NCBI GenBank assembly: GCA_030390025.1
Contig: CM059432.1
Coordinates: 150,972,001 to 151,036,000 of the forward strand
Length of the DNA: 64,000 bases
Reading direction: 5' to 3'
From: Squalus acanthias
Lineage: Eukaryota
Shown: in pieces, positions 50,240-63,819 of the stretch
Numbering within the stretch: position 1 is the first letter of the stretch
How the letters are laid out: each line of letters opens with the position of its first letter
Position numbers and translations under genes: made by a program
Notes under the pieces: model-generated
What the model was told of the DNA's origin: nothing
The model's database searches: none
Seen by the model: only the letters and a program-made list of their open reading frames with translations

Positions 50240-51420
50240 CCACCACCAGAGTTTACAGACCGCCCTCAGCTCAGTCAGTACGTAGCTTGTACGCTTTAGG
50301 CAAGTTACAAATATCTGATGTACCAGGGCACCACATTTCTATCTTTTGACACTGAAGCCAGGCAGATGAGTGAGCGGGCTATGAATTTTTACAGAATTGC
50401 AGGTTTCCCCAGAATTGCTGATGTAATTGACGGCACAAATGTGGCTCTCAGTGTCAGCCCTCAACTGTAAGGTATTTCATTCCTTGAATGTCCAATGGGT
50501 GTGTGACCACAGGCACAGCTTCCGTCAGGTTAGTGCCTGGTTAGTCCCATCCCTGGCCACTGTCTGAGGCTGAACCAGACTGTTCTCAACCGTGGCATCC
50601 TATTTGACCTTGAGATGAGATTCCGTTCCCATATCCACGCCATCATTAAGACCGCCTATTTTCACCTCCATAACATCGCCCGTCTCCGCCCCGCCTCAGC
50701 TCCTCTGCTGCTGAAACCCTCATCTATGCCTTTATTACCTCTAGACTCAACTATTCCAACGCACTCCTGGCCGGTCTCCCATCTTTCACCCTCCATAAAC
50801 TTGAGATCATCCAAAACTCTGCTGCCCATATCCTAACTCGCACCAAGTCCTGTTCACCCATCACCCCCATGCTCGCTGACCTGCATTGGCTTCCGGCCTG
50901 GCAACACCGCAGTTTTAATATTTTCATCCTTGTTTTAAAATCCCTCCATGGCCTCGCCCCTCCCTATCTCTGTAATCTCCTCCAGCCCCACAACCCTCCG
51001 AGATCTCTGCACTCCTCCAATTCTGGCCTCTTGCGCATCCCTGATTTTCATCGCTCCACCATTGGCGGCCGTGCCTTCAGCTGCCAAGGCCCTAAGCTCT
51101 AGAATTCCCTGCGTAAACCTTTCCGCCTCTCCACCTCTTTCCTCTTTTTAAGATGCTCTTTAAAAGCAACCCTTTGACATGTCTTGACGGGACAGAAGGC
51201 TCTTTGAAGAATGTTATTGGTGCGGTGTTGATAATAGTCTTGGCCTGCTGTGTGCTCCACAGTTTCCTCTGCAGAAATGCCTGCAAATAGACATGCTAGA
51301 GGAGAAAAGGGAGGAAGAGGCTGAAAACATCAAGGCCATGAGGCAGCACATGGAGAAGATGCAGCAAGTTGGGAGCTAAACAAATGACTTATTAGGGAAA
51401 CCTTCACTCTTAAATGATCC
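50240..51420 (+). pseudogene. Degenerate Harbinger transposase remnant split by an L2
   Basis: AGFPRIADVIDGTNVAL (~50400), KVFHSLNVQWVCDH (~50470), ACCVLH (~51245), acidic tail. Confidence 0.7.
50545..51180 (+). mobile_element. L2 LINE 3' ORF2 fragment
   Basis: KTAYFHLHNIARLRP, LADLHWLP, GLAPPYL, GGRAFS motifs. Confidence 0.88.
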
Positions 51421-52685
51421 GTCTCTTGTAATTGCACCTCGAACATCAAAGCTCACCACCCACCATCCATTGTCAATACCTCCGACAATTATTAATCCAG
51501 CAATGGTGAGGGAACAGTGTTACATGTCCAAGTCAGGATGGTGTGTGACTAGGACGAGAACTTTGAGGTGCTGGTATCCCCACAACATTGCTGCGTTTGT
51601 CCTTCTTGGTGGTAGAGGTCACAGGGGAGGGAGGTGCTGTCAAAGTAATCTTGTTTCCTCAACTGAACTATCTAATGCACCCTGAGTGTGCATCTCTGGG
51701 CTAAGGAATGGTAATAGGGGACAGTGTTGCATTACAGATTGAGGGAATATCTTCAGGTGCTCTCTGCTCTTTAGGTGCCAGGTTGCTGTTGCTCTGGGGA
51801 CAGCTTGAGCTCATCTTTCTTCTGCGGAAATAAAGAGGATCACATTAAGGATATTGCCTCCAATCCCTTCATCCTTCTAGGGTTGCTATCCACTGATAGC
51901 AAGACAATACACCTGAGGTCGCTGTCATACAATACATGAACTGTGGGTGCTGGTATTCCAATTTCACCATCCTCCACTTCCAGAGGTGAATTGGTGCACA
52001 GGATCTCCACAGCCTCTTCCTCATGGGTTGCCAGCAAATGGACCTCTTTCATCGTTGGGTTTGTGGGTAATCTTCTTCTTCATCGGGAGGGTTCAGTTTC
52101 AGTGCTAGGTTAGTTTCTCCTACCCTTCCTTTTCCATTCATGTAATCTTTTACATCTTGAAATAAAGAATGCCAAGTGTAGGAGAACATTAAAGTGATAG
52201 TTGAGGCATGACAAAGTTGCATGCCTGTGCAGAAGGGTGATTTTGGAGGAATACAGTAATTGTTTATTTCTTACTCACAATTACACCCCAGAGGTAGTGC
52301 TCGAACACATGGCATGCAGTGCACACCTGTCTGTGATTCAATGGCACTGACTGGTGTTCAGGACAGAGCACTTCATTTGGTTGCCCTTGTCAAGGCCATT
52401 GAACCTATTACTGCATTGCAGGAGTGTCCTGCTGGTCAGTGGGCTTCCACCAGTTACTGCCACTTCATTCCAGATTGCTTTTGCAGCACAGATTTCCTTT
52501 AAAATCAGAAACTGCATCCCTCCTCATCCCTTATCTCAATTAAGAGTTGCTCTAACACACTGTTGTAAAATGAACAGCTCTCCTTGTCGTCTCACTTGCT
52601 TCTGCCACTTCCAGTTCAGGAATAGTGACATTCACCTTTAAGCGCAGGCTGCCTTTTAATAATGACATTAAGTGTCAAACACATA

Positions 52686-54814
52686 GGGCTAGAAATTCAT
52701 CGACTTACTGCCACTCTGTAGCGCAATGAAATGTCAGCTGGTGGTGGGTGCCGTGGCGGCCGCCATTTTCTCCCTCCCTTTGCGCTGCCGGTAACTGGCA
52801 ACGCCCTGGGAGAAAAATGGCGGCGTGGTGACTTCAATCGGTGTGCAACGCCAACTTAACGTCACCACTCCGAACCGCGACCCTAGCGCTAAATTCAGCG
52901 CTGGGTCCTAAACACTCCAGGTAAACCTGGCGTGCAAGCAGGCTGACAGTGGTGATGGCAGCACCTCTTAAAGGGACATGCACATCTTTCAGGTAAGTTT
53001 GGATTTAAGCTTTTGGACTGTTTTTTTTTGATTTTATTGAAGTAGTGGCTTGCTGCAATAGATGTTAAAAGTTTTTTAAGTTTGTAGGGAATGCTGCTGG
53101 ATGCTTGCAAGGCCTCAGATGGTAAAGGAAGGCCTCTGAGAAGACAGAAAATGCTGAAAATACTCAGCAGGTCAGGCAACATCCGTGGAGAGAGAAACAG
53201 AGTTAACGTCTCAGGTCGAGATGCTGCCTGACCTGCTGAGCATTTCCAGCATTTCATGCTTTTATGTCAGATTTACAGCATCCGCTCACAGAGGGAAGAG
53301 GAAGACACAGAAGAGGAGGAAGCAGAAGGCAGGATGCAACCCAGAAAGCCCCTTTCTGGCCGGGATATCCGGGATGGAATCATCTGCCTGTGGTCCCAGA
53401 GACCACAACCCCAATTCCCCTTTCAACATTAGTCCCACACCTTATCTTCCCTCTGTTACTGACCATCACGGCGTCCTCTTGGCCACAATGCTGAAATAAA
53501 AGTCACCACAAAGCAAACTTTGCAATCCAACTTTATACATCTACCCATCCAATATGATATCAACAAATCAACTCATCACACTTATGCATTCCCTTAGTGA
53601 TTGTCTAGCGTGTGCCTTTGCCTATCCTACTGATGTCACACAGTGCTACCCCAGTTGCTGCAGCATGGCTGGTGGGAGACTGCTGACTTTCAGTGGGGGA
53701 CACTGCAAATGGCCTTGCTGGTCGACCTTGGGGAGTTTGGTCAGCTTCTTCCCTCTTCTTGGTCAACCACGGGCTGGGCAGGCTGCATTTTTTGAGTGTG
53801 AAATGAGGAAGGCACAAGGGTTGATTTGTGGTGATGGGAGGGCAGGAAAGCAAGAGGTGCAAGTGAGGAAGAGGATAACGTGTGAGGATACCCACATCTT
53901 GTATCCTTTCTGTCCTGCTGCTGGCCAAGGGTTGCGCCATGCCCCTGCCAAGAATGACCAGCACCATCTTCTCCAAGGGGGTGAGGTGCGTCTAGGAATG
54001 GGAGATGTGCCTTGTGATTGGTACAGATTGTTGGTAGGTGAGTGATTGGGGTGGGGGTCATACATTGAGCAGTGTGTGAGGCTAGTGATTCAGTTGGTTG
54101 GAGACGGCTTTTGAAGATGCATTCACTGACCTTGACCAGTGGTCTGAGGTCATGAAGCTTCTTTGGGCACTGGAGCCAGGTGGTGGGGTGACACTGCTGG
54201 CAGTGACGGACTTAGTGATGTGGTATCACATCGTTCTTTCTGGAGGGCCTCCTGGCCTCTGTGGGTAGAGGACCTCTCTTGCAGTGTTGACCCCCTGCAC
54301 AAAGCTGGAGTGCTGCATGCGAGACCCTGGGTGCCCCTTCCCTGGCTTGCTGAGCCATTTGTGTCAGTGCTGAAGCAGTTTCCAATTTTTTGAGTTGTGG
54401 AAGGGAATTCAGCTTTAAGAGCTGAATAATTACATTTGGGAATTCTTTTTAATGTTAAATTTATGTTTGAAAGGCAGTAAAGGCTGAAAAGTGCATTTTT
54501 TCACTGATTTTAATTTGTATTAGTTCTAAGTGAATTCACAGCCCTTTTAATTCCCACAGTTCCTTGCGAGCGCCACAGCCTCGCTCCCAGAAGCCGTGTG
54601 AAGCTCGAACGCCGACTGTGGACGGGAACTTCAGCTCAGAGGCCTCCACTAACGCCGCCAGGAGGGCGTTGCATGGAAGGTTAGTGCTGCGCCACCAATC
54701 TCCAGCCCCCCCAGATGAATTTATTCTCCTGAGCGTTGCGACCATTTTCAGCGCCGTTAACTCCAGTTGCCGATGACATCGCCAACTTTCGTGGCGAACA
54801 CAAATTTCTAGGCC
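52686..54814. mobile_element. Decayed Harbinger with Myb remnant and PLE hairpin insertion
   Basis: TIRs GGGCTAGAAATT / AATTTCTAGGCC, TSD ATA/ATA; minus-strand QCPKKLHDL at ~54130-54175. Confidence 0.75.
53143..53285. mobile_element. Fold-back Penelope pLTR fragment (family A)
   Basis: Reverse pLTR (CTCAGCAGGTCAGGCAACATC...GTTAACGT) followed by forward GATGCTGCCTGACCTGCTGAG. Confidence 0.75.
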
Positions 54815-55391
54815 ATAGTTTGGGACTGAAGTCACACGTAGGGAACTGGTTAATGACGGCAGGTTCCCCTTCCTGAAGGACATTAGTCAACCAGTTGGGT
54901 TTTTATGATAATCCAGCAGCTTCTCCCTTTCTGATGTCAGCCCACGAATCACCAGATTTATTGAATTCAATTTCTCAACTTGCCATGGAGAGATTTGCGC
55001 TCTCAAACCTCTTCGGTTGCTTGTCCAGCCCAGGACTTTGAGACAAAGGTCTACCCTATCCATTAACTTACCAACTTGGCCGAGAGCTGATGAATCGCAG
55101 TGAGTTGAATGACAGGCAACCCTGTCCTACTTGACATTTTTGTCAGTTCTTGCTTGATATCAAAAATCTGGCTGGCAAATCTGGTTGGACAACTAGTGGC
55201 TTCTGTTGAGTTCAATTTAAGTGCTGGCGGGGATATGCCGGGCTGACTTTGAGCAGAGTGAGTCACTGCTTTGTGAGCTGAAGTCTATCGGGAGTTCAGT
55301 CCCATTTGGTATCGGTGCCAGTGTCAAGTGTCAGGATTGGTTACAGTCTGAGCCACTGGGAGTACATGAGGCAGCCAGTTGGTAAACACTA

Positions 55392-55964
55392 ATAAATCCC
55401 CGTCATTCACTGCAGTTGCTCTGTTGAGTTGACTTTAATGGGAGCAGAAAGGGTAAGTGGGGAAGTCAGCCTGACTGACTCATCCTAAGTGAGGATTGTG
55501 CATGATTAGTTTAAAGATCTAAAAGCCATTGCCTTGGTTACTAGATATCTACTTCATGCAGTTCAAAGGACCCAGCGAGCCTCATTACCGGCACCTCCTT
55601 CACAAATCCAAGAGTTAAATAATGCCCCCGGAATTTACTGTCAGCGTTCGCCATCATTACCCCTCTGAATAATGATCACAACTTCAGGATTTAGCGCGTG
55701 CGGTCAGTCATTCACTGCTCCGACACAGGCTGTGCTGTGGATTCCCCCCATAGCCAGCAATCAGCCGGTAATGAGGCTCACTGGGTCCTTTGAACTGCAT
55801 GAAGTAGATATCTAGTAACCAAGTCAATGGCTTTTAGATCTTTAAACTAATCATGCACAATCCTCACTTAGGATGAGTCAGTCAGGCTGACTTTCCCACT
55901 TACCCTTTCTGCTCCCATTAAAGTCAACTCAACAGAGCAACTGCAGGGAATGATGGGGATTTAT
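55392..55964. repeat. 201-bp inverted repeat with 171-bp spacer
   Basis: 55392-55592 versus 55764-55964, about 5 mismatches by eye. Confidence 0.95.
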
Positions 55965-56814
55965 GAGGGCAATCAGTGAAATCAGTGAAACTGATAAAAA
56001 CTTGGCATTTCCAGCTAATATCTCTGTTAAATACCCCTTTAAATGTTAAGCCTTGTTGGAATAGGTGTAACTGGGATTTTTAGCAGCATTTTGACTGTTA
56101 AGCAAATATTCTGGCCCTGAAAAGCAAATTTTTATATTTGTGGAGTGTCAAATTTCTCCATTATGATAAAAATTATGTTTCTTTAAAACTTAAAAAAAAA
56201 ATGTCAAGTCTGTTCATAATATTTCAGCTTCTACCTTATCCCCATGTGAGAGTTCCAATCTTTATTTCATTCTCTGTAACATTTTTTAAAAAGTCCGGAT
56301 AAAAGCAGCTTCTCATTTCCTAGTTTGCTGTCTGTGAGAATTCTTCAGTGTGATTGGCTGCTTAGACAGCTTGTTGAAGTCACTGCAGCTCTCCGCTGGG
56401 AATCCCCGTGACAGAGCGTTGCAATCAATTACACTTCGAAAAAGGGGAAAATTCTCACCCCCAGAGATCGTTTTGTATTTTTTCTGCTCTCTCTTCACCT
56501 GAATTATTCTAATACAATGCTCTCTCATCACCTGCATTGAACCAGTCCATCCTTCTGCTTCAAATTGATACTTTATTCTTTAAGGCCGGCATATATTTCT
56601 CTAATGGCTTCTACGCCAGAGGAGTAATTATTTTCAGATTTGCTTTACCGGAGGACTTGCCTCACCTATCAGAAGCGCACAATAGAAATTCGGGCACGTG
56701 ACCAATTATGATTAATGGCTGCGTGTGCAGTGTGCACCTGAATTTTCAATATGTCCTTGGAATATTACATCCCCTTGCCCCACACCCATCCCATAGAGAA
56801 ATGGTGCAGACCAA

Positions 56815-58563
56815 CGTGTGGAATTATAACAGCTTATAATGTTGCCAAAAGGAGGAGTAAGCCTGAGGATTGCGAGGATTTTAGAATTCAGCAAAGGAGG
56901 ATCAAGAAATTCATGAAGAGAGAGAAAATAACATATGAGAGTAAACTAGCAAGAGACACAAAAACAGATTGTAAAAGCTTCTATAGGTATGTAAAAAGGA
57001 AGAAATTAGCAAAAGTAAACATGGGTTCCTTACAGGCAGAGACAGCAGAAATTATAATGGGGAATAAGGAAATGGCAGAGACATTAAACAAATACTTTGG
57101 GGGCGATTTTGCCGGCGCTCAAGGGTCAGGTTTGGAGGCGGGACTGCTGGCAAAATCAAAAAGATTGGCAGCGGGTCCCGAACCCGCTTCCAACACACCT
57201 CCAATCAATCTTCCTGGGAGTCGGGTCCCCGATTTGCGCAGGGTCCCAACTCCTAACGGTGGGAAGAGGATTATAGCCATTTAACTGCCTGTTAACAGAT
57301 AGATAACAAGCAGTTAAGAGGCTTTTTCCAATTTTGACACTTCTACTGCAGGCTTCTCGACGTCGGGAAACCCCTCCAGGGTAAGTGTAGCGTGCTGTGG
57401 GTCTACTGTAATGTTTGTGTACAGATGACAGCTGCAGAAGTGGTGTGAAGGATCCAATGGGACACTGGTGAGTTGCAGAGGTAAGAAAATGTTGGGAAAG
57501 TCATTTTTAATGTGTTTAGAATTTTCTGTACGTGACAAGCTTTGAAGTGTTTGTGTAGTCCCACCTCATTGGGAGAACCTCTCTCACCAGTGACAGATCA
57601 CTTCTGTAACCTCACCTGCAGCTGCCATCTGTTTTAGCCTAAGGAGAGAGTCACTGGAGTGCCTGGGTGCAAGGGCTCACCTTTGTACAATGATTGTCAG
57701 TGTTTGCAGCACCTCAATGTTGTCAAACACTGAAAAAAATCATGTCAAAAAGAAATAGTGGTGGCCCCTTTAAGAAAACCGGCAGATGACACATCATCAA
57801 CTGATATCATCTGACACCGGCTTTCTCTTAATTGGCCGGCAAGCCCACAGGGTGGGCTTAACAAGGCCAATTGACACAAAATAGCATCTGTGCGTCGGAC
57901 GTCACTGGGGGCGGGACTAGAACCCAAAAGGCAGCAGTCCCGCCCCCAATGCGCCTCTCCAGCTAAGACCCTGGCCTATGTATCTGTCTTCATGGAAGAA
58001 GACACAAAAAACATTCCAGAAATAGTGGGGAACCAAGGGTCCAGTGAGAATGAGGAACTTAAAGAAATTATTATTAATAAAGAAATAGCACTGGAGAAAT
58101 TAATGGGACTAAAAGCCGACTATTCCTCTGGACCTGATGGCCTACCTCCTAGGGTTTTAAAAGAGGTGGCTACAAAGATAGTGGATGTATTGGTTTTGAT
58201 CTTCCATAATTCCCTAGAGTCTAGAACAGTCCCCACAGATTGGAAGGTAGGAAATGTAACCTCGCTATTCAAGAAAGGAGGGAGAGAGAAAATGGGGAAC
58301 TATAGGCCAGCTAGCCTGACACCAGTAGTAGGCAAAATGCTAGAATTGATTATTAAGGACATGGTAACAAAGCACTTAGAAAATCATAATATGATTGGGC
58401 AGAGTCAACACGGTTTTATGAAAGGGAAATCATGTTTAACAAATCTATTGGAGTTTTTTGAGGATGTAACTAGCAGGGTAGATAAAGGGGAACCAGTGGA
58501 TGTAGTATATTTGGATTTTCAGAAAGCATTTGATAAGGTGCCATACAAGAGGTTATTACACTA
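56815..58563 (+). mobile_element. CR1 ORF2 fragment split by MITE
   Basis: ...ETLNKYF | VSVFMEED... continuity across 57099-57976. Confidence 0.88.
57099..57976. mobile_element. Harbinger-type MITE in CR1
   Basis: Left end GGGGGCGATTTT as at 37257; right end degenerate; flanks TTT/TAT. Confidence 0.75.
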
Positions 58564-60097
58564 AGAAATTAAAGCTAGTATTAAGTCAAAGGAGGAAGCT
58601 TATAAAGTTGCCAGAAAAAGCGGTCAGCCTGAGGATTGAGATCTTTTTAGAAATCAGCAAAGGGGGACCAAAAAATTGATAAAGAAAGGGAAAATGGAAT
58701 ATGAGCACAAACTAGCGAAAAATATAAAAACGGATTGTAAAAGCTTCTATAGGAATGTGAAAAGGAAAAGACTGGCGAAGGTAAATGTAGGTCCTTTACA
58801 GTCAGAGACGGGCGAATTTATAATGGGGAATGAGGAAATGGCTGAGAAATTAAATAAATACTTTGTTTCTGTCTTCACGGAGGAAGACACAAAAAACCTC
58901 CCAGAAATACAAGAAAACCAAGGGTGTGGCGAGAATGAGGAACTTAAAGAAATTATTATTAGTAAAAAAACAGTACTAGCAAAATTAATGGGACTAAAAG
59001 TCGATAAATCCCAAGGACCGGATGACCTACATCCTAGGGTTTTGAAAGAGGTGGCCATTAGGATAGTGGACGCATTGGTTGTCATCTTCCAAAATTCTAT
59101 AGATCCTGGAATGGTTCCTGCAGATTGGAGGATAGCAAATGTAACCCCGCTATTTAAGAAAGGAGGGAGAGAGAAAATGGGGAACTACAGACCTGTTAGC
59201 CTTACATCAGTAGTTGGGAAAATGCTGGAATCTATTATAAAGGATGCAATAACTGGGCACTTAGAAACTAATAGTAAGATTGGGCAGAGTCAACATGGAT
59301 TTATGAAAGGGAAATCCTGTTTGACAAACCTATTGGAGTTCTTTGAGGATGTAACTAGTGGAGTAGACAAAGGGGAACCGGTAGATGTGGTGTATCTGGA
59401 TTTTCAGAAGGCCTTCGATAAGGTCCCACACAAGAGGTTGGTGAACAAAATTAGGGCACATGGAATTGGGTGTAATATACTAGCATGGATTGAGAATTGG
59501 TTAACAGACAGAAAACAAAGAGTAGGGATAAACGGGTCTTTTTCAGGATGGCAGGCTGTGACTAGTAGGGTACCGAAGGAAGGATATACTTGCCTTAGAG
59601 GGAGTGCAACGAAGGTTCACCAGACTGATTCCTGGGATGGGGGATTGTCCTAAGAGGAGAGATTGAGTAGACTAGGCCTATATTCTCTAGAGTTTAGAAG
59701 AATGAGAGGTGATCTCATTGAAACATACAAAATTGTTACAGGGCTTGATAGGGTAGATTTTGGGAGGATATTTCCCCTGGCTGTGGAGTCCAGAACTAGG
59801 GGTCACAGTCTCAGAATAAGGGGTTGGCCATTTAGGACTGAGATGAGAAGAAATTTCTTTACTTAAAGAGTTGTGAATCTTTGGAATTCTCTATCCCAGA
59901 GGGCTGTGGAGGCTCAGTCGTTGAGTATAATCAAGACAGAGATCAATAGGTTTTTGGATAATAAGGGAATCAAGGGATATGAGGATAGTGTGGGAAGGTG
60001 GTGTTGAGGTTGATGATCAGCCATGATCTTATTGAATGATGGAGCAGGCTCGAGGGGTCAAATGGCCTACTCCTGCTCCTATTTCTTATGTTCTTAT
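58564..60097 (+). mobile_element. CR1 ORF2 fragment with internal RT deletion at ~59575
   Basis: ORF 58676-59653 jumps from GGGGTACCG directly to AAGGAAGGATATAC; TTCTTATG tail. Confidence 0.9.
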
Positions 60098-62277
60098 GAA
60101 ATGTTCTACAAGCAGAGATATCAGCTTTTTTCCAAGTCGAAACTTGACAGAGACAGAATGGGATCGCAAATGGGCAGGGGCTGTGATCAAGGGCCTGAGT
60201 TCTGAGGTTACACGCTCTTGGTGAAAAACTCTGTAAAAGCCCTCGTCACATTGATCGGATGCGAGAAGGGCGGAAATGGCAAAGCTCTGCTGCCAGTGCG
60301 GAGCCTCGCTCGATGAGAGTATGGGTCAGAGAAAGGGCTACAACGTTGTACCTGTGCAGGTGTGGCCTGAGCTTGCATCTACGAGTGAGGTTCTGCGCTG
60401 GAAGCGAAGTGCACAACCTCTGCCCTGGAAACACAGCTGAAAGAAAACGCATTTTAAACGCAGACTTCGGGTGGAAGGGTTACAGTTGAAGATTTTCAGT
60501 CAGTCTGCTCAAAACCTATCAAAAAATGACTTTTATTCCCCTATACAACTGAATGCTGTAGCCCTTTTCTCCAACCCATGCTCCAATTGTTCTCCCACCC
60601 CCTTCCTCTCCTGAAGAAGTTGATTTCTTTCTGGGTATGGTCCTATAGGTACCACTTGCCCTCTGGTGCCATGTCCTGGTGGAAATGACACATGTGTCTG
60701 CTGTAACAATGAGTGCTGGTGGGCTACTTGAGTGCAAGGAAGATGACAGCTGAATCCAATTCTGCCCTCGCTCGTGCACTTTCAGCAGAGTCTGCTGAAT
60801 AATTATAAGGAGTGGGAGACCTGGACAATTGAATCCTCCCAGAGACTCTTGGGGCAATTGTAGCCAATTTTGACCCTACCATTCCTTCTGCTGAGGTCCG
60901 CCGGTGGGTGGGTCACACCTAGTTTGTACATCTTTGTGTCACACTGGGCTGAGATATTGGTATCAATGCTAATTACAAAATATATAACTGGGTGAGGGAT
61001 TATCAGGCGTGAAGGTAGCAACAGGCAGAACCAAATGATGAGTCTTCTGTTTTTGGGCTGAAGGTTGGGCCTACTATTTAGCACCTGATAAAACAGGTTG
61101 ATAGGCACAGCAAGGTTGCTGAATCTTATTTCTTGGGAACGAATTTGCACGCTAATGGTTGTTTTGTTTATAATATTAAATGAGCGCCGTGGAAAAATTA
61201 GCCAATGTTTTTATTTATAAGCATGAAACGTGATGATGCAAATTGAGTCAAAATGGATCATCTCATCATTTGCATACGACAAAAAAAAAAGTTTGCCAAA
61301 AATGTGTAACGACAGTGTCATCTCAAGGCTGCTTTTGCTCAGCTAGGCCCCCTGAGCAAGTTCAGTAAAACTTCTTCAGACTGTATCTCAGCCAAGTGTC
61401 TGCCACTGGCTCACAAAAATAGATTTTGTTGTCAACTGTCAAACACGTTGGGACAAATTTCAAATCCATCTTCATTTAAGACGTACTATATGTGTCTGAA
61501 TGGCTTAAATTAACACGGAATCCATGAGTAATTTGGAAGGAATATGTTTGATTACAATTAGATTCTTACAGCAGGAATCAAAACATAAAATACTGTATTC
61601 TAAATAAATACTGAAGAGTCTTTGGAAAATAGGATGAACGGGTTTTATTCATAATTAACTTCTCAGCTTATCCAAAGGATTCCAATGGAGGGTTAAAGGT
61701 CAAATTCACTGCTCTGAAAACATAAAAGCAGAATTTTTCAGCACAGCAAGAGGCCATTGAACCCTTCTGCTTTGTGCTGTATGTGGGCTCGACTCAGGTA
61801 CTGATTTACATAGTCAGATTTTCCTGGTCTCTCTCCAAACCTAGACCATTTTCCTGCTTTTTGCCCCACCCTCTCATATTGTTATTTCAGTAATTATCCA
61901 GTACCTTTTTGAATAGTGCAACTAATTTAGCATCAACCACCTGGGACTACATTCTCCTCTGTTTAAAATGAAACATGAAAAACGTTTGGATTTTTTCAAT
62001 AGTCTACGACCGACTCACAAAGTTGGAGGAAGTGCTTGGTTTTAAAATGTGCAGTTCCTGAGAATGTGGTTTAATTTATTTTGGTTAAGTTCTCATTAGT
62101 TGACTAAAAATGTTGACACTACCCAACCAGCCAACTGAAGCACTGACACTGGGGAAAATGCCAGAAAGTTTGGTTAGTCCAAATGTGAATTCACAAAGTG
62201 TGTGTAGGGCTGCTTAAATTCGAGATTAAATAGCTCACTCATCAGACCAGGCATTCCGGCCACCAACAATGCTGTAA

Positions 62278-62455
62278 AACAACAACGTGTATTTATATAG
62301 CGCCTTTAACGTAGTAAAACGTCCCAAGGTGCTTCACAGGAGTATTATAAGAAAAAATATTTGACACCGAGCCATATAAGGAAAAATTAGGGCAGCTGAC
62401 CAAAAACTTGGTCAAAGAGGTAGGTTTTAAGGAGCGTCTTAAAGGAAGAAAGAGA
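62278..62455 (-). mobile_element. L2 3' end
   Basis: Reverse complement of the 10700-10899 type sequence. Confidence 0.75.
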
Positions 62456-62470
62456 GAAGTCGCACAACAC

Positions 62471-63746
62471 TTGACTAATCTATTGGAATTTTTTGAGGGA
62501 GTAACTGGTAAAATAGATGGGGGAGAGCCAGTAGATGTGGTGTACCTGGACTTCCAAAAGGCCTTCGATAAGGTCCCACATAAAAGATTAGCAGGGAAAA
62601 TTGAAGCTCATGGGATAAAGGGGAAAGTATTGACGTGGATAGAGAACTGGCTGTCAGATAGAAAACAGAGAGTTGGAATAAACGGCTCATTTTCTGAATG
62701 GCTGGCAGTAACAAGTGGGGTACCACAGGGATCTGTCCTGGGTCCCCAGCTGTTCACAATTTACATTAATGACCTGGATCAGGGAGTCGGATGCAGCATT
62801 TCCAAATTTGCAGACGACACTAAACTAGGAGGAGGGGTGGGCTCAGAGGAGGAGACCAGGAAGCTCCAGAGCGATTTGGACAGACTGGGTGATTGGGCGG
62901 ATAAATGGCAGATGCACTATAATGTGGACAAGTGCTAAGTTATCCACCTTGGGTGCAGGAACGGGAGGGCAAATTATTATTTAAATGGCAATAAATTGGG
63001 AGAGGGGGAAGTACAGAGAGACCTGGGTGTTCTTGTACACCAGTCACTGAAGGCGAGCATGCAGGTGCAACAGGCGATCAAGAAGGCAAACGGTATGCTG
63101 GCCTTCATAGCAAAAGGGTTGGAATACAGGAACAGGGATACCTTGCTGCAGCTGTACAGGGCACTGGTGAGACCACAGCTCGAGTACTGTGTACAGTTTT
63201 GGTCGCCTCATCTGAGGAAAGATGTTCTTGCCATGGAGGGGGTGCAGCGGCGATTCACCAGGCTGATACCAGGAATGGCGGGATTGACCTATGAGGAGAG
63301 ACTATGTAGTTTAGGGATGTACACACTGGAGTTTAGAAGATTGAGAGGGGACCTCATAGAAGTGTATAAAATTCTGACAGGTCTAGACAGACTAGATGCA
63401 GAAGGAATGTTTCCCTTGGCGGGTGAGAACAGAACTAGAGGACATAATTTAAGGATAAGGGCTAAACCATTTAGGACAGAAATGAGGGGGAATTTCTTCA
63501 CTCAGAGGGTGGTGAACCTGTGGAACTCATTGCCACAGAGGGCAGTGTACGCCAGCTCATTAAATATATTTAAGAGGGAATTAGATATATTTCTACAGGC
63601 AAAAGGGGTTAAGGGTTACGGAGAGAAGGCGGGGACGGGATACTGAATTGGAGGATCAGCCATGATCTCATTAAATGGCGGAGCAGGCTCGAAGGGCCGG
63701 ATGGCCTACTCCTGCTCCTATCTTCTATGTATCTATGTATCTATGT
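62471..63746 (+). mobile_element. CR1 inserted into a family-B Penelope pLTR
   Basis: RT ORFs; (ATCTATGT)n tail; TSD AACAC at 62466-62470 and 63747-63751. Confidence 0.92.
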
Positions 63747-63781
63747 AACACCAGGTTATAGTCCAACAGTTTTATTTGAAA

Positions 63782-63819
63782 TCACAAGCTTTCGGAGCTG
63801 CTGCTCCTTCGTCAGGTGA
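63782..63819 (-). ncRNA. Minimal type I hammerhead ribozyme (family B)
   Basis: Minus strand: TCAC-CTGACGA-aGGAGC(agca)GCTCC-GAAAGCTT-GTGA. Confidence 0.85.
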
